64,000 nt of DNA, taken from assembly GCF_009834535.1 (NCBI RefSeq), contig NC_045697.1:23314001-23378000 (forward strand), given 5' to 3'. Below are positions 12,951 to 26,501 of the stretch, piece after piece (the first letter of the stretch is position 1; each line of letters begins with the position of its first letter). This DNA comes from Camelus ferus (Eukaryota). The notes beneath the pieces are model-generated. The model searched no databases. It was not told the origin of the DNA and was given only the letters and a program-made list of their open reading frames with translations. The translations under genes were made by a program, and so were the position numbers.

Positions 12951-14959
12951 GGAAAAAAATAATATATTGCTTTTGGGTATTTATCACAAGAGGCAAGAAA
13001 TTGGATTCATTTAATTCAGTTACATTTATCTTGATTTCAAACTCAGGTGATGTTGAAAGTTACTACACTTAATGCAATATAAAGTTTTATTGCTTGTTTC
13101 ACAAAAAAATGATTCAGAATATTTTCTTTGCAATAGAAAAAAGGATGAAACATACATATTGGATAAATTTTCAAGATATAAGTGATCATACACTGATATG
13201 AAAAATAAAAATCTTTAAGCAGTAAGTTTTTCTTTACTCTTGTGGACTTCAATTGAATGCCTCTCAGGAATATACACTTTTATGAAATAAATTAAGATTT
13301 GTTTGGCTTTAATTGTGCTGTTTTAGAGCTGCCACAGAAGTGCCTAATGAGACTACCTCATATAATATGATCAGAGCACTTCAGAGAGTCATCTTTCTTC
13401 CTCTTTCTAGGCAGGCAATTTTCTTGTGAACCATGAGTTTATGTTTCTTTGTGGCTCTATTAACGTCAACCATATCATAAATAACAAAATCTCAAATCAG
13501 TCGAAGGCTTTTGGTAGGAAGGTAACAATTAGTAATTTTCTAAGGTACACAATTTTTTTCTGATTACTTTCAATTTCCTAGTTACGTATCTTTAATTATT
13601 TGAGATGTGTATAATTATGTATTATATTTATCATCAAAGTAAAATGCATATATTATAAAATGTGCACTTTCTTGGTGTGGAGGATTGAAAAGCATTTTAA
13701 AAATCATAAATATAAATTCAGAGGCAAAACCGTTGTTAAGACAAAACCTACCATAGCACATGTTTGTTGCTGCTTATTTTACTCCTTTCTAGAAGCACCA
13801 TTCTTCCACTAGGGCCTAGCACAGTGCCAACCAATTACATGCAGTCCTAAACATTTGGTAAAGTATTGATTTAATGAATCAATTAAAAGATGAATAAATA
13901 ATATATTTCCTTAAAGTGAAGAAATATTGGTGATTGAATTTGATAGATGAGTGCTTTGAGAGAGAGAGAAGGAAAAAGAGTGAATTCCACGATTCTGACT
14001 TGAAGTGGATAGATACCCTGGTGCACTTTACAGAGAATGTAAGAGTATAGGGCTTTAATTTAATATTAGAGTGTTGGGGATAAAATTTGGGAATTGGGAA
14101 TTGTTTGGTATATATTGAATATGAGATGCTGAAATCTTTATTCTTCAGCATCTTGATAATTCCCTTGCAAATATATACATAATAAGTTGTATTAAATAAC
14201 ATGCTCTGTATGAACTATTTAGGAATCCCAATAATCATGAACTTTATATGCTTTCAAACTAATTAATGGTGTTATATATTTTTAAATGTCAACTATTCAT
14301 GTTGACAATAATAGTGTTAAATAATGATGTTAGAAATTACCAGATAGCATCAACCATAAAAGTCAGAGTTTTCTGAAAGCAGTATTTTCCTTCATATCAA
14401 AATACACAAGTATATTAAATAATTTGTTGTTTTTTTGTCTCTGGAGATCTCTCCTGCTATCTGTGAGTTTACACTTTGCTGCTCTGAACAAATTTTAGGT
14501 ATTTGTTAGTGGGGAAAAAAAAAGTAGAAGAGAAAGGAAACAGGTAGATAATCATCTATGTCTTCCAAAACAAAGCAAAAAATGCTCTATCTAGACACAA
14601 TGAGTCTTTTTTGGTAACCTATGTTGAAACTCATATTACTGTTACATTTTTATTATAAACACCTTAACTTGGAATTTCTTCTCTATTACCTACTTGACAA
14701 AACAGATGGGAGGAAGAAATTATGTAGCTCTGCTCCTCTCTGTTTCTCTTAACATTATATTATCTCCCCAGACACTGGCCTTGTCCATGTCTTGTTCTTT
14801 CTGCCATTAATATTTTGTCTTATACCTTAGCTCATGTTAAATGAGTTGTATTTTACATATTACAATATCTCACTTCTTATTTACTCTCTAGATCCAGCTC
14901 AAATTCCATCTTGAAAGTTTTCCAGCATCCTTCAGGTAGAGGCAGCCACTCACTCACTT

Positions 14960-15180
14960 ATGTATTCTTCCATCCATTTGACAAATGTTTATTAACTGTG
15001 GACCAGTCACTCCATTAAGTGGCAAAAATACAACACAGAGACAGAGGCAATATGTTCATGGAATTTATATTCCAAAAGAATAAACTCACATTAAAAGAAA
15101 ATTATAAATTGGAATTTGTTGTATGTATGAAATAAAGATTTTGTGGTAATAGTAATGAACAGAAGTGATTAATTTAGATA
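14960..15180 (-). mobile_element. L2 3' end
   Basis: catccatttgacaaatgtttatt...catggaatttatattcca. Confidence 0.6.
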
Positions 15181-15197
15181 TGTTTATGAAAATCTTT

Positions 15198-15565
15198 TTT
15201 CTTCTTTTTTTAATTGAGTGAAAGATTCTTTAAATTCTACAGTGCTTTACAATTTTCAAAGTTTCATGTACATGATTTCATATAATCCAATAATAACCCT
15301 TTTTCCCTTATCCCTATATTTCCCCTCCCTTTCTCTCCTCTCTATTGGTAACCACTAGTTTGTTCTCTGTATCTGTGAGTCTGCTTCTTTTTTGTTTTAT
15401 TAATTACTAGTTTTTCATATTTTTCAGATTGCACAAATCAGTGATATCATACAGTATTCATGTTTCTCCATCTCACTTACTTCACTTAGCATAATTCCCT
15501 CCAAGTCCACTCATGTTGCTGCAAATGGGAAGATTTCATTCTTTTTTATGGATGAGTAGTATTCC

Positions 15566-15603
<38 letters not shown>

Positions 15604-15718
15604 CACTACAACTTCTTTATCCATTCATCTGTTGATGGACATGTAGCTTGTTTCCATATCTTGGCAACGATTAATAATGCTGCTATGAACATTGGGAGAT
15701 GTATGCATTTTTTTCAAG
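15198..15718 (-). mobile_element. 5'-truncated L1 3' end with TSD
   Basis: T-rich tail at left; ggtaaccactagtttgttctctgtatctgtgagtctg...ttctttatccattcatctgttgatggaca; TSD tgtttatgaaaatcttt (15181-15197) vs tgtttatggaaatcttt (15719-15735), 16/17. Confidence 0.9.
15568..15600 (+). repeat. (TG)n microsatellite inside L1
   Basis: Directly visible. Confidence 0.97.
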
Positions 15719-17417
15719 TGTTTATGGAAATCTTTGTTTCCCTTTCCAGTGTGCATTTTTGACATTTTTGGTGTATGCTTTTTCTTTATTTCTTCTGTTA
15801 GTTTAGCAGCATCCTTCCAATTTCCCTCCCCTTCTGCCTGAATATAAGTCCTAAGAATCATTATAAATATACAGTGCAATTATATTAGTAACAGATGGCC
15901 TGTGATTAGATAAGGAAAACAATTTTCAATCAGTGCTGGAAATTACTTATTTCAAATTAATACTATTTCTACTTGAGATGCTTAGAGCTCAAGCATATGT
16001 TTACTGTCATACTCACAGATCTGTGGACTGTGAAAATAATCCCCAGTACCATATGTTAAAAGGAATATTTTAGCTGATATATAAAATCTACTAATTTTTA
16101 TTTTCTTCTGTTTTCTTCCTTAAACAATATCATAAAAATTTTTATTGTTCAATACACTTTTTATTGTTAGTCAAAATCAAGAGGCCTTATTATAATTATT
16201 TTTTAAATATTTTGTTTATTTATTATGTCAGAATCCTCTGAAATACCTCACTGAATATATGAAATAAATTGAAATGCTTAATAAAAGGAGTAATTTATTT
16301 TTATTGTAAAACAAATCAAATAAAGAAGTGTTTAGAGATGGTTTAAGATGCTTACTTTAAAAAAATCTTCTGTATTAAAAATTCAGATGTGAGATTAAAA
16401 TCTTTGATCATACACATAAAAGGTATCAATTATTATATTCTATTTTAGGATCAAATTTTGATGGCAAGAATAGCCTACTATTCATAGGATACAAATACAG
16501 AAACACAACAGCAAAATGTAAGCTATGGTCTTAAGGCAGAGATAAGGCTTCTTAATATAGTAACATATATAGTTTTACACATTTTTAAAAGCTCTTTTAC
16601 ATGCCTATCACTTAAAAAAACTTAATTTTTAAAATTTTCTTCATAAAAGATACAGAATGATGTATATGAAAGATAAATTATTATGAATAATAAATAACTT
16701 TTTCCTGTATCTGGTATTCTACTGCCATTAGTTGAAAAATATGCATACTAAAGTCAGTTTTGTTTGCATTAAATATTAGTGCCATCATGTCATCATCAAA
16801 TTTGTTTTGCTGAAGTATTTTATGAACCAATTAAATATGAATGCAAACTATTATTTTTTCACTATGGGAACAAAGTTAAATACTTTGGAATTATTAGATA
16901 AAAATGATTCATTTTGAAAAATTGAGTCAGTGGTTCATGAGACACTTTCCAAAGGACTGGAAAAAATAGTGAAAACCTGGATTTTTTGTCAGACTGTTTA
17001 ATGTTTCTAAGTTGTTCTTTCATAGAAATAAACTGAATCTCTAAATTATAGATGATGAATCATTGTTTTAGTTTTTAATAGGTAAGAATCTTGAATGTAC
17101 AAGTGAAACTCTAAATCATGACCCTGAATTAAAGAATGATGCTAGAATTAATGGATTTGATTCATCCTTCTACATTTCTCCTCTTGGAAATCATCTTTCT
17201 TGAAAATCCAGGGACATGATAAAGAAAAAGTATTATCTGCACCAGATATGAGACAAAGTAAACAGTATTTAATTCTCCAAAATAAGAAGAGTAATATTAC
17301 ATACTCAAAAATTTGAAACCACAGAAATAGGATCAATGGTCTGCTAAGGATAATGGTTTGCCTATATATGGTTTGACACCAAAAGAAAACTGTGCATATG
17401 AAGTATAATGAGAACTA

Positions 17418-17645
17418 TGGTGGGCCCTTGAACAACATGGCTTTGAACTGCGTAGGTCAACTTACATGTGGATTTTTTTCACTGAATAGGTACTACCATA
17501 CTACATGACACGATACTTGGTTGGTTGAATCTGAGGATTCAGCACTGCATATATGGAGGGGAAGGGCCAACTATGAAGTTATACATGGATTTTCAACTGT
17601 ATGGTAAGTGGGACACTAGTTCCCACAGTGTTCAAGGATCAACTA
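17418..17645 (+). mobile_element. Tigger2a-type non-autonomous TcMar DNA transposon
   Basis: cccttgaacaacatggctttgaactgcgtaggtcaacttac...gtgttcaaggatcaact; degenerate TIRs flanked by TA. Confidence 0.8.
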
Positions 17646-17664
17646 TATATCAGCTAGAAAAGAT

Positions 17665-18370
17665 GGGTGAGTGGTAGTAATAAATGAACACCAAATCTCA
17701 TTAGTTTTCCACAACAAAAAGAGCAATTTTGTTCTCACTGTATATAGCCAAACTCATGACAGTAATCATTGCCAATCTTGCGGCAGAGAGAAAAGGGAAC
17801 ATGGGCAAGTCACGTGCTGCCTCTTAAAACTTCCACTTAAAAGTAAAATGTTTCTTTCACTCATATTCCATTGGCTGAAATGTGCAAGAATATTCAATAT
17901 CAATGAGAAAGGAATTACAATCTTTCCACAGAAATGAACAGGAATATTTGATGTAATTTCTCTATTTACATATAATGTTTCACCATTTTTTTCTGTCTGA
18001 TATATAATATACTCAATTTTGCCCCGAACTGAGACGAACAGCCTGTCCAATCAAAACATATTCAAAGACTAGGATCTCATGGTAATTCCAGGTTTAAATG
18101 TGTATCTTTTTGATACGAGTACCTATGAACTCCAACAAATTGTATTAGAGGAACAAGGATAGGGTAATGACAATAAATATCCCAACATGCGAAGAGAAAG
18201 AATGAGAGTTCCACAGCTAACGCTAGTCTAGGAAAAATCTAAAATTTTGCTAGGAAGACACTGAGCAGGTTCCCTATGTTAGAGCGAGAAATTATCATTG
18301 AATCTCCTCCCAAAGACTAGTTCCCTGATTCCTTTCTCCTTCATGGTTCCTAGTTTGTTCTCATGGAGTA
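17665..18370 (-). mobile_element. Old MLT1 LTR plus adjoining MaLR internal sequence
   Basis: ctcttaaaacttccac...ctcatattccattggctgaa, followed by acctatgaact...aaggatagggtaatgacaataaatatccc. Confidence 0.55.
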
Positions 18371-19675
18371 TTTCCTGTTCTATTACCCTATTTGAGTACA
18401 TTTAAAGAGGTTATGATAGGGGAGAGAGAGGTATAGAGGACAAGACTGAGACATGAGAAAAGTAACACGAATAAGATATGCAATGATAGCATGACAGATA
18501 GTCAAAGAAGAGCCAACATATTCATTTTTGGTTTCCAAAGTAGGAAAAGGTACACCCCAATAGAGCAAAATCAAGGTATATTTTCAAACACAAATTTTAA
18601 ACTTAAATATTTTGACTATCCATATAGAAATTACATAGCTATACTTGGAAATGTGGAAACAAAATGAGCAATACTAAGATATATCCTAAAATTTTACTAT
18701 ATTTCGAAGATACATGTGGAATTCACTGACCTGACTGGCAAAAATGTCACATTAGGAAAGACGGCAGCTGCTTCCTGCTTTTACTTACAGTTATGTTAGC
18801 TTAGGATTACTGTTTTGGATTTTCAGTTCTTTGTATTTATTAAAACAACCTCCATAACAAATAATCTTTGCTAATTTAACTGCTGTGTGTTTTGTTTTCC
18901 TGACTGATATACTAGGCCAAGTTCTGATTATTTTTTTCTGAAAATAATATATGCTACCCATATTCTCTTTAACTGTATACTTTTTTTAGAGCTTGACATG
19001 TTGAAAATTTGATAGTTAAGTTAAAATACACTGCAAAAAAGATAAATATTTATCATCATTTACCATTATTTACTTATCCATGAGGGAAACTATTTTGTAA
19101 GTTGCTAATTGCTTTATTCCAGCTTCTAATCCATGATATGTAGTGCATGTTCCAAAATGTATTGATTGAATAAATTTTTCAGAGTCCATTGAAAACAATT
19201 TAGTGCAAATGAAAGTAAGTGAGAAAATATCCATGATTTTTAAATGTAGAAATCTTAATATTGTCTCACGCAATATATGTATTTTGTAGATGAAGAAACA
19301 GATTTTTATACAGTAGTATTTCTTCACCTGAATATTTATGTATAATCATGTATTTTTCCTGTGGAAAGTTTCGTCAAGCTCTCAAGTAGGTCCATCACCC
19401 ATAAAGTTTGAAAGTTAATACCATGGAGTTTAAGTGCCTTTTTGCTGATGACCAGACTATTAATGCAGAACCAAGAATAGCTTTCCAAACCTGAGGCTTA
19501 AAGTCCAAATCTCTACCCCTTCACCTAACATGCTGTTATCATATAAAACTGACTCCTATATTTAGGGTTAATCTCTTTTCCCCTTTCCTCCAACAACATT
19601 TGCTTTTTTCTATTTTTTAAAGAACTTATTATTTTGTACTGTAATTTTTGTGAAAGTAGTTTGCTACACAAATGT

Positions 19676-19700
19676 ATGTGTGTGTGTGTGTGTGTGTGTG
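19676..19700 (+). repeat. (TG)n microsatellite
   Basis: Directly visible. Confidence 0.95.
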
Positions 19701-19807
19701 CATATATATTCATATTTATCTAGTATTATAACACTACTTGATACAATTTCAAGATTTATATTGGGAAATTAAAATTTTCAGCTGAACAAATGAATAAAAA
19801 AATGGAT

Positions 19808-19990
19808 GAGATAAACAACAAGGTCATACCATATAGCACAGGGGATTATATTCAATAGCTTATAATAATCTATATTGAAAAAATATAAAAGTGAATATAT
19901 ATATATAAACTGAATCACTATGCTGTATACCAGAAACTAACACATTGTAAGACTATACTTCAATTAAAAAACAAAACAAATAAACAAAAA
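19808..19990 (+). mobile_element. Short lineage-specific L1 3' end (cetartiodactyl type)
   Basis: gataaacaacaaggtc...tagcacagggg...aactgaatcactatgctgtataccagaaactaacac...tatacttcaattaaaaaa plus A-rich tail. Confidence 0.85.
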
Positions 19991-19994
19991 CGAT

Positions 19995-22712
19995 TAGAAA
20001 AGATATGCCATGCTAACCTTAATCAAAAGAATAGAGAAAATCAACAAAACCAAAAGCTAATGTTTTGAAAAGATTAATAAAATTGATAAGCTTCTAGCCA
20101 AGTTAATTAAGGGAAAAATAAAGAGCACACAATTATTAAATCAGAAAAAAGGGAGGCCATGACTACAAATCCCATGGACATTAAAGCATAAATAAGGAAT
20201 AACAATGGAATGAAATATATCAACAGACTAAAAAAGGAAAATTGCACAATTGTATCAGTAGTTGCAGAAAAAGTATTTGACAAATTCTGACACTTACTCA
20301 TGATAAAAGCTCTCAGTAAACTAGCAATAAAGAGAAACATCCCCAACTTAATACAGAATATCTACAAAAAAACCTAAAGCTAATATCATTTCTAATGGTG
20401 AGACTCTTAAAGCCTTCCTACTGAGATCAGGTACAAGCAAGGATATCCCTTGTCACCATTGCTTTTCAACATCACACTGGAACACCAAGCTAATTCAATA
20501 ACACACACAAAAAAATGGATACAGATTGCAAAGGAAGAGATAAAACTGTCTTTGTTCACAGATGATAAAACGGCTTCTGAATCTGAAACATTAAACAAAA
20601 ACACTCCTGGAACTAATAAGCAATTATAGCAGGGTTTCAGGATACAAGGTTAACACACAAAAGTCAATCACTTTTCTATATACCAGCCACGAACAAACGG
20701 AATTTGAAATTAAAAGCACAATACCATTTACGTCATCTACCCCCAAAATGAAATACTTGGGAATAAATATAACAAAATATGTACAAGATATAAATTAGGA
20801 AGACTAAAAATCTCTGATGAATGGAACCAAAGAACTAAATAAATGGAAAAATATTTCATGTTTATGGATGGGAAGATCCAATATTGTCAAGATATAGTTT
20901 TTCCCAATTTGACCTACAAATTTAGTGTAATCTTAATCAAATCCCAGCACATCATTTTGTGGATACTGACAAACTGATTCTAGTGGAGAGGTTGAAGACG
21001 CAGAATAGCCAAAATAAGATTAAAGGAAAAGAACAAAATTGAAAGACTGACACTACCCAACTTCAAGACTTACTATAAAGCTTTAATAACTAAGACAGCA
21101 TGATTTTAGTGAAAGAATAGATAGATGTATCAATGGAGCAGAATAGAGAGCCCAGAAATAGATCCTCATAAATGCAGTCAACTGATCTTTGACAAGGCAG
21201 TGGAGGTAATACAATAGAACACAGACAGTCTCCTCAACAAATGAGGCTGTAACAACTCAATATCCACATGAAAAAAAAAAAAAAAAAAAGAATCTAGACA
21301 CAGACTTTAATCCTCAATAAAATTAACTCAAAGTGGATCACAGACCTAAACATAAAACACAAAAACTATGAAATTCCAAGAAGATAATTTAGGAGAAAAC
21401 TTAGAGGATACTGGGTTTGGCTATGACTTTTTAGATACTACACCTAATGAATGACCCTTGAAATAAAGAGTTGATAAACTGGACTTCATTAAAATAAAAA
21501 AGAAATTTCTGTTCTGTAAAAAACAATGTGAAGAAAATGAGGAAGACAAGTTGCAGACTGGGAGAAAATATCTGTAAAACACTCATCTGATTAAAAAACA
21601 AACTACTGTCCAAAACACATAATGAAATCTTAAAACTCAACAATAAAAAAACAAACAACATGATTAAAAAATAGGCCACAGATCTTAACAGACATCTCAC
21701 AAAGAAGATATGCATATGGTAATAAGCATATGAAAAGAGGCTCCACATTGTCTATCATCAGCAAAATGCAAATTAAACAATGAGACACCACTACACACCT
21801 ACTAAGAATGGTCCAGATCTAGAATACTGACAATACAAACGTTGAAAAATAAATGGAGCAGCAGGAATTCTTATTCTTTGCTATTGGATATGCAAAATGG
21901 CACAGCCACTTTGGAAGATAGTTGCTTTCTTACAAAACACTTACTCTTCAAATTCAGTCCAGCAATCCCATTCATTGGTATTTACTCAAAGGAACTGAAA
22001 ATTTATGTCCATACAAAAACCTGCACATGGATGTTTATAGCAGCTTTATTCATAATTACCAAAACTTGGAAGCAATTAAGATGTCCTTTAGTAGGTGAAA
22101 GGATAAATAAACTGTGGTATAACCAGTCCAATATTGTAGTAATATTCCAATTATAATGGAATATTATTCTACACTAAAAAGATATGAGATATCAAGCCAT
22201 GAAAAGACATGGGGGATTTAAATGCATGTTATCAAGTTAAAAAAAGTTAATACAACGTTTTTTTGTCAGATGAGTGTTTTGCAAATATTTTCTCCCAGTC
22301 TGCAACCTGTCTTCCTCATTTTCTTGACATTGTTTTTCACAGAGCAGAACTTTTTTATTTTAATGAAGTCAAATATTATAATATTTCAATAATAATGGAA
22401 TATTATTCTATGCTAAAAAGATATGAGATATCAAGGCATGAAAAGACATGGGGGATTTAAATGCATATTATTAAGTTTAAAAAAGTTGATCTGAAAAGGC
22501 TGTATATTGCATCTTTATGACATACTGGAAAAGACAAACCTATGGAGACAATTTAAAAAACAATGGCTTTCAGGAGTTAGGTGAAGGAAAGGCAAGAATA
22601 GGCAGACCACAGGGCTTTTTTCAGGCAGTAAAATTATTCTGAATGAGACTGTAATGAGGGCTACATGTCATTATATGTTTGTACAAACCCACAGATTGTA
22701 CACCACCAATAG
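19995..22712 (+). mobile_element. Old L1 (L1MC/L1MD-like), ORF2 3' part and 3'UTR, internally deleted and rearranged
   Basis: RT remnant tttgttcacagatgat (~20551); cagaatagagagcccagaaatagat; 3'UTR catgtcattatatgtttgtacaaacccacag...agagtgaatcct. Confidence 0.92.
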
Positions 22713-22849
22713 AGTGAATCCTACCACAAAAGCTTTGCTTTATTAAAGAGCTGCCTTTAAACTTAATATTTACCAAGTCACACTCTTCCAGAAACTGTAG
22801 GAAGAAAATCATCTTATTCTCACCTCAAGTAGTCCAGGGAGTCTTTTCA

Positions 22850-23330
22850 GTCACTCAGCAAATCTGTATTGAAACTCTCATGTATACCAGTTATATAATG
22901 TGTTGGATATATATATATATATTTTATATATAAAATATTGAACAAAATAAGCACAATTCATGCCCCCTTGGAGCTTAACGATTTATTGAGTGTGATGTGC
23001 CTTATTAAGATAATCACATTAACACACATGTGCAAAAAATGACAAATAGAAGTGTGACAGTGACAAAAAAAAATAAGGCACACTGTGTTATGTGAAATTA
23101 AAATATTTGTTCATGTAATAAAATACTTATTGGGCATCTCTATGTGACACTTACTAGGTTAATCAGGAGTTAGCAGTTAACAAAAAATAAATTCTCTGCC
23201 CTCAGGAGTTTATATTCCAGTAATGGAGAGATAATAACCAAATAAGAAAATATATACTATGTGGAAGTTGGTGAATGATATAGAGTAAAACAGGCAGAGT
23301 AAGACAGGTAAGGAGTCAGGTTGTCAGATG
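22850..23330 (-). mobile_element. Two L2 3'-end fragments
   Basis: tcactcagcaaatctgtattga...tgcccccttggagctta; aatacttattgggcatctctatgtgaca...tctctgccctcaggagtttatattccag. Confidence 0.65.
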
Positions 23331-24274
23331 ATTTTTCTGAGAAAAGGACCCACATGCTCCACTAGCATCTCCAGCCTGGTTTTTTGTTTTTTGGTTTTGG
23401 GGTTTTTTTTTGGTAATTTGTACTTAATCCTGAATAAGAGTTCCATCCCAACTGAATCTATTGATACATTCTTTCGTTATCCTTTTAATATTGGGCTTGG
23501 GTCCAGTAACTTTTCTTTTTCTCATTAACATTATTTTGAAAAGTCCTTTTGGTATCAGTATGTTTGCATACTTCTGGTAAAACTTTTATTTATAATTTGA
23601 GATTTACTTTAAGTACTTATTTGAAGTCCTCTTACTCTTCAAGCACATTTATTACAAAAAAATAAAAGTAGAACCACTGAAACAATAAAACCCAGAAATA
23701 CAACAGCTGAGGAACATAGTTCATTTCCTTTGCCTATTTATTACATTCCTTGGTGAGTCACTGGTCTCTAGTCAGCATAGTGGACAATTCTGATACAGGA
23801 CATGGCTACCAAGGGTGATTGTTCTCATTCACAAGTGGCATGAAGAAAAGTTGAAGCGGGAAAATGCAGAAAAAGTATCTTTTAAACAAAACAGAGGTCA
23901 CTATCATATTATACTAGTGAGAGTCCCACGACCATCTATTGCCTTAAACTTATAGTCCTGTGATAAGAGGGAAAATGGATTTGGTAGGACAAATTAATCT
24001 CCACTATAGTGAGGAATTTAGAATTCTTCCAGTGTTTCTGTAGAAAAGATGGAAATGGAATTTGAGAGTGCCAAAACCAAGTATCTGACCTAATCATTCT
24101 ATGGGAATGGGAACAACAAAATTGTATAATTATGAAAAGAAGTTTAGCTTAGAATTAACAGGAATTATACAGTGCAGATAGAGGCTGAGAGAGCTCAAGA
24201 AATAAGACAAAGTCTATATAAATTAACAGGTCAAAATTATCAGGGCAGTGCTCTAGTGGCAGAGTCCTAGTCTA

Positions 24275-24905
24275 CTTGTTTTCAAACATTCTGGTCACAA
24301 GATCCCTATGCATTCTTAAGAATTATTGAGGATCCCTAAATAGCTTTTTATTAATTGGTTATATCAATTGATATTCACTGTATTGGACTATAAAAATAAA
24401 AATAAAAATATTAATTTATAAACAGCAATAATAAATACATTAATTTATAAATAGCAATAATAAAAATTAATAAATAGAAAAATAAATTTAAAATAAATTT
24501 ATAAATTATGTAATAAGTAATACTAAATAGATAAATTTATAAATAGCAATAGATAATAAAATAGCGAATAATAATAACAAAGAAATAGCATTTCTTATTA
24601 GTATAATTTGGAAAAATAACTGCTCTTCACAAAACAAAAACTGAGGAGAGTGGTATTTTAAACTTAAACAGATCTCTTCTGTCTGACTCAATAAAGATAA
24701 CTGCATTCTTGTGTCTGCCTCTGCATTCAGTCTCTTAGACGATCATGTGTTGTAGCCTCTGGTAAACTCTACTGCACACTTGTGAGATAATAAAAGTGAA
24801 AACAAAAAGTAAATCTTATCTTGCTATTATTTTGAAAAAAGTTTTGATCTAGCGTACTAACTGAAATGCCTCATTTATTCCCCAAAATCCCCTGAACAAC
24901 ACAAC
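24275..24905 (+). mobile_element. MER119-like hAT-Charlie DNA transposon
   Basis: tttcaaacattctggtcacaagatccct...aattattgaggatccc...tctgcctctgcattcagtct...cacttgtgagataataaaagtgaaaa. Confidence 0.7.
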
Positions 24906-25931
24906 AAAAGAGGTCTATTCACCTCCTTCTAGTTTTACTCATTAGAAGTACATTGAAAGTAAACAATAGCAATTAACACTTTACAGACATTTTAAAAGTT
25001 TTAAACTTCTATTCTTTAAGTAAAACAGTATGAAAATAATTTAATTTTGTATTCCATTTTTTTTGAAGTAAGAAGCTTGCAGTTTATCATCTTAGGCCAC
25101 AATAACTGCAGCTCAACTAATTAAACACTGCCATTTTTTAACAAATAAAACATAATTTGGTGATTTTATTATCAGTGGATTTAACCATATTATTTGAAAA
25201 TACTCACTTTCTTTATTTCCAATTAATTATATTTTACTGTAGTAAACTTTGTATGTCATGATTTCTGAGAAGTAGGAAAATGCGGAATGGACACTAAATG
25301 TTGAGCCCTAATTAATCATTAAGGTACACCAGGGGTAACAAGACCATTTATTCTTACCTACCTGCCAGATCACCTTGTCCTGTCAGAAGAACCTTTGTCC
25401 CAATGATTTTATTTCAAACATATTGCTTTTGAATTAACAGCAGGGACTTCTGGGTTTCTCAGCATCTCTTGTTTACCATCTACTGTCATGCTTAATGATC
25501 AACATTAAAGTTACTGCTTCCAAATCACCTTAATTAGGGTGGCAAAAGCTTTAAAAAAGTTCCTTTCAAAAGCTCAGATCATCAAATTTGATGATTATAT
25601 AATATATGATTATATTGTGATTATATAAGGTTCTTTTGTTGAAACATTATAATAACATTTCCAGTCAGACATCCTGCAGTTCCTTTTTAAGGTACATTTT
25701 TCTCCTCACAGTTCTTCCTGTAAGTGCACTGTGTCCTCTGTTTAGTTTATAGTTGGTTGAACCAGAACAGGGTAACTGAACCAAGCACCATGATTGATAG
25801 GTTAGCCTATGACTAGGTGACAGCCAGCTACATAATGCTGTGCCCAAACTGAGACAATCTGGTTTAATTGAATTCTCCTTCAACTCTTTTAATGAGGGAT
25901 TAGAGAGTGCTGTTTAATGCAAATAGTCTCA

Positions 25932-26500
25932 CTTTTTTTTTTAAGTGAACTCCCTACTTAAGTGTAACATATACAGAAAATCACATGAGTCATATATTTG
26001 CAGCTTGATAAATTTACAGAGTAAACCAACTTAAGTTACCACCACCAAAATTATAAAATGGAATAGTCTCAATACCCAAGAAGCCCCTTTATGATCTTAC
26101 CCAGCCACTTACAACTCACTAAGGAAACCACTACCTTTACCTCAAACACCAGAGGCTACTTTTCTGTTTCTAAAGGTTTTTTTTCTTAATAAATTAAATC
26201 ATACATGATTGACCTAACATCTCTTTCTTAATATGCTGCTTGTGAGAGTCATCCATATTGTTGGGTGTATCGATGGTATGTATTTTTGTCTTTGATTTAT
26301 AACATTTCATTTTATGGATATTCCTGAGGTAATGCTTGATTTTCTGATGGATTTATAATATATTTGTAGTTTTGATATTTACATACTACTGTTATAAAAA
26401 TTCTAATACATATCATTGGTAAATAGTCTGGGCATACAAGTGTGACTAGAATTCCTAGTTCATATGTTATATATACCTATTCAGCCAGAGTAGTCACTGC
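25932..26500 (-). mobile_element. L1ME-like 3' end
   Basis: taacatatacagaaaa...cagcttgataaatttac...ccaagaagcccc...gagagtcatccatattgttg. Confidence 0.7.
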
Positions 26501-26501
26501 T

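Noticed and set aside
25350..25370. Strong minus-strand donor CAG|gtaggtaag
   Set aside because: No convincing matching acceptor or exon found
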